Below are positions 8,088-17,500 of a DNA stretch of 64,000 nt, piece by piece. Numbering within the stretch: position 1 is the stretch's first letter; each line of letters opens with the position of its first letter. The position numbers and the translations under genes were made by a program. This DNA comes from Candidatus Aenigmatarchaeota archaeon (GTDB taxonomy: Archaea > Aenigmatarchaeota > Aenigmatarchaeia > Aenigmatarchaeales > Aenigmatarchaeaceae): the NCBI GenBank assembly GCA_016933455.1, contig JAFGAZ010000015.1:11583-75582 (forward strand), given 5' to 3'. The notes beneath the pieces are model-generated. The model made no database searches, was not told the DNA's origin, and saw only the letters and a list, made by a program, of their open reading frames with translations.

Positions 8088-10456
8088 TAACAAAAATAAA
8101 ACTAAAGAACTGGAGAACGCACCTTGACAGCGAGATAAAGTTCTCAGAAGGCACCAACTGCTTTATCGGTCCCATGGGTTCTGGCAAAACATCGGTTATG
8201 GACGCTTTGTGTTTCGGTTTGTTCGGTACTTTTCTAAACCTCCAACAAAGAAAAATAAAGCTAGAAGACATTGTAATGAAAAAGCCCGTCCCAAAGGACA
8301 GGGCTGAAGTTACGATATTTTTCGATATGAACGGTTTTGAATACAATGTCAAGAGAATTGTCAACAACGGCAGGTCCACTGCGGAGATAAGAAAGAACGG
8401 GGAGCTTATCGAGGGACCCCAGGCCACCAAGGTTACAAAAGAGGTCGAGAGAATTTTAAAGATGGACTATGATCTATTCACTAGGGCGATATACTCTGAG
8501 CAAAATCAGCTAGACATGTTTCTTACCATACCCAAGGGTCAGAGGATGAAGAAGATAGACGAGCTTTTGGCAATAGACAAGTTCGAAAAGGCAAGGTCCA
8601 ACACAAAGTCATTGATAAACAAGTTCTCAGACACCCTGAATGAAAAGAAGAAGATGATAGAATCCATGAAAAGCGACGAGAGCTTTAGGAACGTTGAGAA
8701 CATAAAAAGGGAATTTTCGGAGCTAAACGAGAGGGGCGCAAGGCTCAGGCAGAGATTGGCCGAGGTTGTAAGAAGCAAGGAAAGCATAGAAAAGGAGCTG
8801 TCAAAGCTAAAGGAGCAGCAAAAGCAGGTGCAGAGAATAGATGAGGACACCAAAAAGTTCAAGGCGCTTCTTGAGATAACGGAAAAGGACGTTGACAAGC
8901 TAAAAGAGGAGCTGGTTGAGTTTGCCGAGGCAACCCCCGAGCAGATGAGAAAGGACTATGATGATGTTACCGAGGAGATTAAGAAATACTTTTTCCAGAT
9001 ACAAAGCGAGAAGAAAAGCTTTGATGATTTGAAGGAAGAGTATGCTGATGACAATGCCAACATAAGGATAATAGAGAGCGAAAAGCTGCCTAAACTTGAG
9101 AAAGATGTCGAGGAATCCAAAAAAATATCAGAGGAGCTAAAGGCAAAGCCTCTAAAAAAGCTCCAAGCGCAGCTGGAAAAAGAAAAGGCCTTGCTTGAGA
9201 AAAAGCAGCTTTCACTGCAAAAGGCGAGCGTTAAGATATCCGAACTGGAAGAATCCATGCGCGAGCTTGAGAATGTTGGCAATGTCTGTCCTATTTGCGA
9301 TGGCAAGCTAACTGATGCGAAGAAGGAAAAGCTCCAGGCAAAGAGAACTGAAAATATCGATGCCATGAAAAAGGAGATAAAGACCCTTCAGCCCGAGATA
9401 GTCAAGATACGAAGGACCATAGAGACTTTGGAAAACGACATCGGCAGGGTTTCTGTCATGGAAAAGCAATTCGAGAATATAAAGGATTCTGAAAAGAAGC
9501 TAAAGGAATTGCAAGACTTGCTTGAAAAGTCCAAAGCCAAGACAGTCGTTTTTGAAAAGCAGAAGAAGATGTTTGAAAAGAATCTCGAGATGCTTGAGGC
9601 AAAGCACAAGGAGCTTCAGGATAGGCAAAACAAGATAACCCAAGTTATTTCCAAGGAAGAGGAAGTTAGCGAAAAGATCACTAGAATGAAGGACTATGAG
9701 AACAAGCTTTTCGCCCTAAGAAACGAAAAGGAAAGCTATGTTTCTTTCACGCCTTCAATACTTGAAAAGCGCGAGCAGGAATACATGGCAGCTTTGGGCA
9801 TGAAAGCCGAGGTTGAGACCAACATAAAGAATCTGGCAGAAATTTCCGAGGACAAAAGAAGGCTTCTCCAGGAAATTGAAAGCAAGAAAGACATGATAGA
9901 AAAAAGCAGGAAGGAAATAGAGAAGATGGACACTACATCCATGCAGCTTGAAAAGCTGGTAAATGCCCTTGCGCTTACTCAAGAGCAGCTAAGAAAGGAC
10001 TTTGTAGAGTCGGTAAACAAGGCAATGGAGACCATATGGTCCGAGCTCTATCCCTACAAGGACATCTACAACATACGTCTTGGCATCGAGGACCGCGACT
10101 ATGTTCTGCAGATGCAAGACTCCACGGGCTGGGTGCCAGCTGATGGCATAGCTTCCGGAGGCGAGAGGTCAATGGCTTGCCTTGCTCTTAGGATAGCCTT
10201 TTCATTGGTATTGGCTCCCCAGCTAAAGTGGCTGGTTCTTGACGAACCCACTCACAATCTTGATGCCAAGGCTGTCGAGGAATTGTCAAATGTCTTGAGG
10301 GAAAGAATAGCAACTTTTGTCGACCAGGTGTTTCTGATAACGCATGACCCTGCTTTGGAGAACGCTGTGTCAGGATTTTTGTACAGACTTGATAGGGAAA
10401 AGGAAAAGGATGGCCACACCAAGGTGAATCTTGTTTCCAGCCCTAGCGAGATATGA
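8084..10456 (+). CDS. rad50: DNA repair ATPase Rad50
   Basis: Has Walker A GPMGSGKT, a long K/E-rich coiled coil and a central zinc hook CPICDG. Also has the ABC signature SGGE and Walker B LVLDEP with D-loop, then a His-switch ITHD. Length is 790 aa. Confidence 0.9.
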   Translation: MITKIKLKNWRTHLDSEIKFSEGTNCFIGPMGSGKTSVMDALCFGLFGTFLNLQQRKIKLEDIVMKKPVPKDRAEVTIFFDMNGFEYNVKRIVNNGRSTAEIRKNGELIEGPQATKVTKEVERILKMDYDLFTRAIYSEQNQLDMFLTIPKGQRMKKIDELLAIDKFEKARSNTKSLINKFSDTLNEKKKMIESMKSDESFRNVENIKREFSELNERGARLRQRLAEVVRSKESIEKELSKLKEQQKQVQRIDEDTKKFKALLEITEKDVDKLKEELVEFAEATPEQMRKDYDDVTEEIKKYFFQIQSEKKSFDDLKEEYADDNANIRIIESEKLPKLEKDVEESKKISEELKAKPLKKLQAQLEKEKALLEKKQLSLQKASVKISELEESMRELENVGNVCPICDGKLTDAKKEKLQAKRTENIDAMKKEIKTLQPEIVKIRRTIETLENDIGRVSVMEKQFENIKDSEKKLKELQDLLEKSKAKTVVFEKQKKMFEKNLEMLEAKHKELQDRQNKITQVISKEEEVSEKITRMKDYENKLFALRNEKESYVSFTPSILEKREQEYMAALGMKAEVETNIKNLAEISEDKRRLLQEIESKKDMIEKSRKEIEKMDTTSMQLEKLVNALALTQEQLRKDFVESVNKAMETIWSELYPYKDIYNIRLGIEDRDYVLQMQDSTGWVPADGIASGGERSMACLALRIAFSLVLAPQLKWLVLDEPTHNLDAKAVEELSNVLRERIATFVDQVFLITHDPALENAVSGFLYRLDREKEKDGHTKVNLVSSPSEI

Positions 10457-10506
10457 ATTCTATTTGTAATAGAACAGAATTTTAATAACAAATCTCAAAT
10501 ATTTTT

Positions 10507-11241
10507 ATGAAGTTTCTCACAGAGCCCGCACTGCTCTTGGACAACAATACTGTAGTAGTTACAGATTTGCACATAGGCATAGAACATGAGATATACAAAA
10601 AAGGAATAACAGTTCCATCTCAACTAGAAAGAATTAAAGACAAATTGGATAAGATAATAAAGCAGACCAAGGCAAAGCATCTGATTTTTCTAGGAGACAT
10701 CAAGCACCAAGTTCCTTCTATATCGGTTCAGGAATATCGAGAGATACCCAAATTCTTTGAGCATTTTTCAAAAATCAAAATGTCCATTGTCAAGGGCAAT
10801 CACGACGGAGGCATAGAAAAAATTGTCCCAAGCAAGGTCGATATCTACGAGCCCAAGGGTTTGAGATTAGGAGACTTTCTTCTCACACACGGTCAGGCAT
10901 GGCCTGACAAGGAAGATTTGAGTGCCAAATATATTGTCATGGGACATGTGCATCCTGCTGTGGAATTTTGGACAGACAATTTCAGGGCCGTTGAACCATG
11001 CTGGTTGACATGCGATGTTGACAAAAAGATTCTAAAGAAAAAATTCAAGGTCGATAGTAAATTGGAACGCGGCATTATCATGCCGTCTTTCAATCATCTT
11101 ATTGGCGGTATGGCATTTAATTCAGAAAAGTTCAAACCAATAGGCCCTCTTCTAAAAAATAATATTCTCAAATGGAAGAAATCTGAAGTCTATCTGCTAG
11201 ACGGAACTTTCATAGGAAAGGTCTCAGATCTAAAAAGTTAA
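10507..11241 (+). CDS. ICC/PdeM-like metallophosphoesterase
   Basis: Phosphoesterase motifs DLHIG, GDIKH, GNHD and GHVHP are present. Size and layout resemble the COG1407 / ligase-associated PdeM family; that family assignment is from memory. Confidence 0.65.
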   Translation: MKFLTEPALLLDNNTVVVTDLHIGIEHEIYKKGITVPSQLERIKDKLDKIIKQTKAKHLIFLGDIKHQVPSISVQEYREIPKFFEHFSKIKMSIVKGNHDGGIEKIVPSKVDIYEPKGLRLGDFLLTHGQAWPDKEDLSAKYIVMGHVHPAVEFWTDNFRAVEPCWLTCDVDKKILKKKFKVDSKLERGIIMPSFNHLIGGMAFNSEKFKPIGPLLKNNILKWKKSEVYLLDGTFIGKVSDLKS

Positions 11242-11525
11242 TATATGAAATTCTTCATTGTCTTGGTCTTCTCTTCCAAATCATCGTCTAATATTTCATT
11301 TACAATGAAATTTTCCGCTTCATATTCTTCCAGATCATTTAATTCTGAAAGCGGGTTGTATTTTTCTAGATTCGGATGAGCAATGCTTGTTGCTTTCCTT
11401 ATATACGATGCTACACCCGGCGTATTGATGCTAATTAATCCATCATTTATGACTCTTAGCATCTGGCCTGCAGCAATATCTGGGTCAGTGAATCCTAGAT
11501 TTTTATTTTTATTCATATTTCTCAC
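11238..11525 (-). CDS. hypothetical acidic protein (95 aa)
   Basis: ORF only; no motif recognised. It ends convergently against the phosphoesterase gene. Confidence 0.4.
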   Translation of the reverse strand: MRNMNKNKNLGFTDPDIAAGQMLRVINDGLISINTPGVASYIRKATSIAHPNLEKYNPLSELNDLEEYEAENFIVNEILDDDLEEKTKTMKNFIY

Positions 11526-11581
11526 TAATAAAAAATAACAGAAATTAAATTATTTATACTTAACCCAAAAGAACGAGTAAA

Positions 11582-11875
11582 CTACTCTACGGACTTTGCT
11601 GAGCCGCCCTTGCCGATTCCAAGTTGCATAATGTCCCTGAACTCTTTTGTAAAGGCGTTTGTTACCTCAACCTCTGTGCCGTTCTTGATATCCTTTGACT
11701 GGTCTCCCCAAAGAACAAGCTTTATTGAACCCGAGTCGTCTTCCAAGGTTGCCTCGGTAAGGGTTGTTACAGAACCAAACTTTGTCATGATTTCTCTTGG
11801 CTCTGATAAATCGGTAACTTTAGCTTTCAAACTTATGCCGTTCATGCCGGTTTTCAATTCACTTATTTTTACCAT
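11582..11875 (-). CDS. single OB-fold nucleic-acid-binding protein (short SSB/RPA-like)
   Basis: 97 aa. The pattern ISLKAKVTDLSEPREI...GSVTTLTEATLEDDSGSIKLVLWGDQ is typical of archaeal short OB-fold (tRNA_anti-like) proteins. Confidence 0.6.
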   Translation of the reverse strand: MVKISELKTGMNGISLKAKVTDLSEPREIMTKFGSVTTLTEATLEDDSGSIKLVLWGDQSKDIKNGTEVEVTNAFTKEFRDIMQLGIGKGGSAKSVE

Positions 11876-11905
11876 GCTATCAATTGTTTGGTATTATTTA
11901 TAAAT

Positions 11906-12319
11906 CTATATAATGCTGCCAGCGCAGTAAATCAAAACCAGCATGATTAGAATTATCAGATACTCACCAAAGCCTCCTGTTCTCACAGGCCCGTTGAATT
12001 TGGGCTTTTCCAACGGCCAAAGAGGCATGATGCCCCTATGAGTTAGCGAGTCTGCCATGAGATGGCTAAGAAAGCCTATTGAAAATACTATAGCGGTTAG
12101 TTGGTCAAAGAAGAAAAATCTGAATCCTAAAAACAAAAGAATAATTAGAAACCATATGTTATGGAAAACCTTTCTGTGGAATTTCTTGAACTTGATATCA
12201 ATGTCAGGTATCAGAACCCCGACAAAGGCAACTAATGACATGTAAATTGGAAAGTTTAGGACAAAACCGAATATGGTCAGAACGAAAAATGCGAATATCA
12301 GGTGCGTAACTTTTTGCAT
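11906..12319 (-). CDS. membrane-bound metal-dependent hydrolase, YdjM/DUF457-like
   Basis: Multi-TM protein with conserved His residues (THL..., HNIW, SHLMADSLTHRG). The start was moved to Met7 to avoid overlap with the divergent HAD gene. Confidence 0.6.
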   Translation of the reverse strand: MQKVTHLIFAFFVLTIFGFVLNFPIYMSLVAFVGVLIPDIDIKFKKFHRKVFHNIWFLIILLFLGFRFFFFDQLTAIVFSIGFLSHLMADSLTHRGIMPLWPLEKPKFNGPVRTGGFGEYLIILIMLVLIYCAGSII

Positions 12320-12354
12320 AAGATTATATGTCAACAACCATAAATCAAATTAAC

Positions 12355-12990
12355 ATGAGACCAAAGGCGATACTTTTTGACTTGGACGGTACTATTCTTC
12401 CATTCGACGGGATAATAAAGCATTTGCAGCTAACTTCCAAGCATTTTTGTGTTAGGGTTCCAACCAAAAAGGAACTGCTTGAAAGGGCAATGGGCTATAG
12501 CCTAAAAGAGATAATACCTAAAATAATTCCAGAGACAAAAGACATCATCGATGAATTTCGGAAATATTACAAGAGAAATTACAATGCTGATGTGAAAAAC
12601 ATAAAGCCTTTTTCTTATGCCAGAGATGTCATGGTCCTTGTTAAGAGAAAGAAGATAAAGATAGGAATAGTCACTACAAAGCGCAATCACCAGTCCAGGG
12701 TTACTTTGAAATACTACAAGCTTCCCTTTGATGTTTTGGTAGGATTCGATAATGTCAAGAAAAGAAAGCCCGATCCCGAGCCCATCTTCAAGGCTTGCAA
12801 AAAGCTAAGGGTTTTGCCTAAAGATTGCATTTTTGTTGGCGACCATCCCTTTGACATGCAAGCTGCAAAGGCTGCAGGTTGTTTTGCCTTAGGCGTTACA
12901 GTGGGTTTTGGCAATAAAAAAACTCTTAAGAAAGCTGGCGCAGATTTGGTGGTTAAAGATTTAAGAAGCTTGAAAAAATTATTACAATAG
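12355..12990 (+). CDS. HAD-superfamily phosphatase (phosphoglycolate phosphatase-like)
   Basis: Motif I is FDLDGT, motif II is VTTK and motif IV is VGDHPFDMQAAKAAG. The start MRPKAILFDLDG is preferred over the track start at 12328. Confidence 0.8.
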   Translation: MRPKAILFDLDGTILPFDGIIKHLQLTSKHFCVRVPTKKELLERAMGYSLKEIIPKIIPETKDIIDEFRKYYKRNYNADVKNIKPFSYARDVMVLVKRKKIKIGIVTTKRNHQSRVTLKYYKLPFDVLVGFDNVKKRKPDPEPIFKACKKLRVLPKDCIFVGDHPFDMQAAKAAGCFALGVTVGFGNKKTLKKAGADLVVKDLRSLKKLLQ

Positions 12991-13000
12991 GGTAAGAGAC

Positions 13001-14482
13001 ATGAACAAGTTTTACGTTACAACGGCGATAGACTATGTTAACGCAGCCCCGCATATAGGTCATGCTTATCAGAAAATAGTTGCCGATGTTCTTGCCAGAT
13101 GGAACAAAGTCTTGGGCAAAAAGGTTTTCTTTCTTACAGGAACCGATGAGCACGGCAAGAAGATAGCAGAATCTGCCCAGAAAAACAATAAGACACCCAA
13201 GGAGTTTGTTGACGAGATATCGCAGAAATTCGTTACTTCTTGGCAAGCGCTTAATTTGGATTTTGACAGATTCATCAGGACAACAGACGAAGACCACAAG
13301 AAAACCGTTTTGGAATTCGTGAAAAAGATAGAGGAAAGCGGCGACATATACAAGGGCAAATATTCCGGCTGGTATTGCGTTGGTTGCGAAAGATACTATA
13401 CGGAAACAGAAATGCCAGATAAAGTATGTCCGTTTCACAAAAAACCTCTTGAAGAGGTTAGCGAGGATGCTTATTTTTTCAGGTTAAGCAAATACCAGGA
13501 TTTTCTTTTGGGGCTTTACGAAAAAAACCCGGAATTCATACTGCCTGTTGAGAGAAAGAATGAGATGGTGAACAGAGTAAAAGAGGGTCTTCAGGACCTT
13601 TGCATAACAAGGGCTTCTCTTGATTGGGGCATACCGTTTCCTCTTGACAAGAGCCATGTCATTTATGTTTGGTTTGATGCTTTGATTAACTATTACACTG
13701 CTATAAACAGTGATGACAAAAAGATTTTCTGGCCGGCCGATGTTCATCTGCTGGGAAAGGACAATGGCTGGTTCCACGCCATAATATGGCCTGCCATGCT
13801 AAAGTCCGTAGGAATCGAAATGCCAAAGAATGTTTTCATACACGGCTTTTTGACATTCAATGGCAACAAGATATCAAAGTCGCTTGGTAATGTGATATCG
13901 CCCTTGGTTTTGGCTGACAAATACGGTGCTGATCCCATAAGGTACTATTGCCTAAGGCAGATACCCTTTGGTGAGGACGGCGACTTTTCAGAGGAAGCTT
14001 TGGTCAACAGGCACAACTCGGAACTTGCTGACACTCTGGGCAATCTTGTTAATCGCGTTATTGTTTTAACAGAAAAGAATTTTGATGGTCTTGTTCCACA
14101 AAAAGGCGAAGATGACAATTTGTCAAAGCTGGCATTGGAAACTGTCGAAAAGACAAGAAAAGCGTTGGACAACTTCCAGTTCAATGTCGCTCTAAACGAC
14201 ATATTCTATTTCCTTGGCGAGGCAAACAAGTACATCAATGACAATGAGATATGGGCCATAAAAGACAAGGAGAAACTTGGCAATATGATGTATAATTTAC
14301 TTGAAGCAATCAGATTTTCATCGATACTTCTATACCCCTTCATACCCGAAACTTCTGAGAAGATAACAGAGCAATTGGGTCTTGAAAAGAAATTTTGTTT
14401 TGATGATTTGAAATGGGGCTTGCTAAAAACGGGAACAAAAACAAAACGCGGAAAAGTTTTGTTCCAGAAGATAAAGTGTTAG
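13001..14482 (+). CDS. metG: methionyl-tRNA synthetase (core only, no C-terminal tRNA-binding domain)
   Basis: Class I signatures HIGHAY and KISKSLGN are present, with a zinc knuckle CVGCE...CPFH. Length is 493 aa. Confidence 0.9.
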   Translation: MNKFYVTTAIDYVNAAPHIGHAYQKIVADVLARWNKVLGKKVFFLTGTDEHGKKIAESAQKNNKTPKEFVDEISQKFVTSWQALNLDFDRFIRTTDEDHKKTVLEFVKKIEESGDIYKGKYSGWYCVGCERYYTETEMPDKVCPFHKKPLEEVSEDAYFFRLSKYQDFLLGLYEKNPEFILPVERKNEMVNRVKEGLQDLCITRASLDWGIPFPLDKSHVIYVWFDALINYYTAINSDDKKIFWPADVHLLGKDNGWFHAIIWPAMLKSVGIEMPKNVFIHGFLTFNGNKISKSLGNVISPLVLADKYGADPIRYYCLRQIPFGEDGDFSEEALVNRHNSELADTLGNLVNRVIVLTEKNFDGLVPQKGEDDNLSKLALETVEKTRKALDNFQFNVALNDIFYFLGEANKYINDNEIWAIKDKEKLGNMMYNLLEAIRFSSILLYPFIPETSEKITEQLGLEKKFCFDDLKWGLLKTGTKTKRGKVLFQKIKC

Positions 14483-14568
14483 AATTGTTTTTAACCAGTT
14501 TAGATCAATATTTAATTCCAATTAGTTGCCTTTAATAGGATATTTTTCTATTTATGAATAATTATTCG

Positions 14569-14576
14569 TTTAAATT
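14569..14576 (+). promoter_or_regulatory. TATA-box candidate (TTTAAATT, within cgTTTAAATtg) 29 nt upstream of the ATG; implies a leaderless mRNA
   Basis: There is no SD upstream of ATG 14598. The same CGTTTAAAT core occurs at 21410 and 62802. Confidence 0.4.
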
Positions 14577-14597
14577 GTTTTCTGTTCATTAAATGTT

Positions 14598-17500
14598 ATG
14601 AGAAAAAGTTTGTTTTTTTTGATTTTTGTCTTGCTATTGTCTTCTATAGCCATCATAACTCTTGCAGATGATGTCATTTCTGAAAATACAACACAAGCAG
14701 AAGATATCGTGATGTCGGAAAGCATAGAAAGCACCGGCACTTTGTTCGAGACGGAAACGCCCTTTCTAATTTTAGAGAGCAGTGAGCCCTTACACATATC
14801 TATGGACGTAGTCACCTCTTCTCCGGAAATAGGCATGATCGATATCAACATAGAGGACTTTGAAGGCTTTGCAACTATTGTATTGGAGGGGTTGGAAGTT
14901 GGACATGATTATTATGTTTATACCAACAGCTATGAAAACAAACAGATTTTAAAAGCGGTTGCAAAAGAATGCGAAGATAAATGCGAAACAGAAGTCAAGG
15001 GCACAATATCTTTCAATGTTTCAGGTTCGCCAACGCACATTTGGTTACAGAACAAACCGTCCACAAAGATAATAAGGGACAATACAAATGGTGGGGACTG
15101 TTACCTTGTGGGTACATGGGACTATGCAACAAAGACATGCGTACTTAATCAGGACCTTACTGAAAGCGTCCAGATAGAAAGCAACAACATAGTTTTCGAC
15201 TGCAACGGTCACAGCATAACCGGCTCAAGAACTGGTAACGGGATATACATGTATTACGCAGATTATGCTACCGTGAGAAACTGCAAGATAAGCAACTTCA
15301 CATATGGCATCCGTACTTACAACGCGGATTATGGCAATATAGAAAACAATGTGATTTTCGAGAATTTGGACCGTGGTATTTACATATACTATGGTAACGG
15401 CAATTTCATGGTTAACAACGATATCATTCTAAACAACAACTATGGTATCTACATATATAGGTACTATAACAACAGGGTATACCACAACAACTTTATTGAA
15501 AACCGCATTCAACTTTACAATTACGGTGGTTATAGCAATTATTTTGATAACGGCTATCCATCAGGAGGCAACTACTTTTCTGATTATAGCGGAATAGATA
15601 GTGACGGGGATCACATAGGCGACAGCTACTATGTCTTCAATGTGGGTCAGGATCACTATCCTTTCGTGGATGACTACGGTTGGCTTGGCGCTGACTTTGA
15701 CGGCGACGGCATATGCAGAATAGGATGGACCAACGAAAGTTGCATAGGTTCTGATAACTGTGTGTATATCTTCAATCCAGACCAGACCAATTCAGATGGC
15801 GATTCCTTTGGTGACGTTTGTGACATATGCCCTTTTGCGACAAATGAAGACCAGCTAGATAGCGATGAAGACGGTTTTGGCGACGTGTGCGACAACTGTC
15901 CTGATATTTCTAATAATGATCAGATTGATGTTGATAGTGATGGCTTAGGGGACGCCTGCGACAACTGCATTAATGATTTCAATCCAATCCAGACCGACAG
16001 CGATAACGATGGTCTGGGCGACGCATGCGAAAAAATGCTAGGTTTCCTGATTAATCCATTAATGCCTTTGACAGTTAGTCAGAACGAGCCTTTTACATTC
16101 ACTACAAGAGTTGAATGTAACAATGGTCCATGTAGCAATGTGGTTGCAATTCTAGACCCTATAAATAAACCTTTATCATGCAAGTACATTTATTATGGAG
16201 GTGTTAGGGAGAGTGGTGTTTATACTATATATCCATCAGGTCCAGAGTCTGCTGGTTACGACGTCTTCTGTGATATGGAAACTGATGGTGGAGGCTGGAC
16301 ACTTGTAGCCTCTACATACCTTAATACTTTGAACGATCAGGGAGGGTCGTATTATGTTGATCTAGAAACCCTTTACCCAACTTCTTCACATGAAAGTGTT
16401 TGGGATGGTATGAGACCATTATCATTGGGAATGGAAGATGACATAAGGTTTTCGTGCAAGGTTGACAGAACTGATATTGATTTTGCTGTTGATTTGGCTT
16501 TCTACGACATTAACTGGTATTACGAGATAACAAACTCTTCAACTGACGAGGGTGTTTATTTCGAAGATAATAACGGTGTTGGACAGACCCTGCCCGCGCC
16601 TGCCAGAAAGAACATACTAACTGGAGACACCAGAGTTTTAGGTGACCAGTGGAATTATGGTTATTTGGAAGGAGAAGACTATAATGGTGACACTTATGAT
16701 TTTACTGTTGATTTTGATGATAGAGGAATGGACTCTAATCAGCAGGACGGAACAGACTGGGGAGAAGATGATGGTGAGAAAAAATGCGGTTCGGTTTATC
16801 CTTCATATGGAACATGGTTCATATGGTTCAGAGAGGGAATGGATTATTCTAAAATAAAGGGTGTCGTGCCTATGGACGAAAGTGCAAAACCCTTTTACAC
16901 AACAACTCAGAACCCTATGTCTGGTTCTGATATATCCTGTCTGCAAGACATGGACACTGGAGATATTTGCGAGCAAACATGGAACGTCATGCCCACAGGA
17001 CAGCAAGGATCATCATACAGCTTCTTTACGATTTACAGCTTCATGGATGATGAAGCACTTACTGACACAGTCAATATAACGATTTACTGTGAAGATAGTG
17101 ATGGAGATGGTGTATGTGTTGATGTTGACAACTGCCCCTTTGTTATTAATCCGGATCAGCTAGATGATGATAGTGATGGTTTAGGGGATGTGTGCGACAA
17201 CTGTCCTGATATTTCTAATAATGATCAGATTGATGTTGATAGTGATGGCTTAGGGGACGCCTGCGACAACTGCGTTTATGTTTATAATCCTGATCAGGCT
17301 AATTCTGACAACAGTGCATTAGATTTCACTTTTATTATAGTGGGGGACGAGAATGGCCATCGCTATCTTATCAAATCCAATAACGACGGAACATTCGAAG
17401 CCTCTGTTGATTTGGGCGTTTTTGGCGGCAATTTGAGGGGAGGTGCCGTAGCAGACTATGACAACGACGGCGACTATGACTTTGTGACATGCAACGATAA

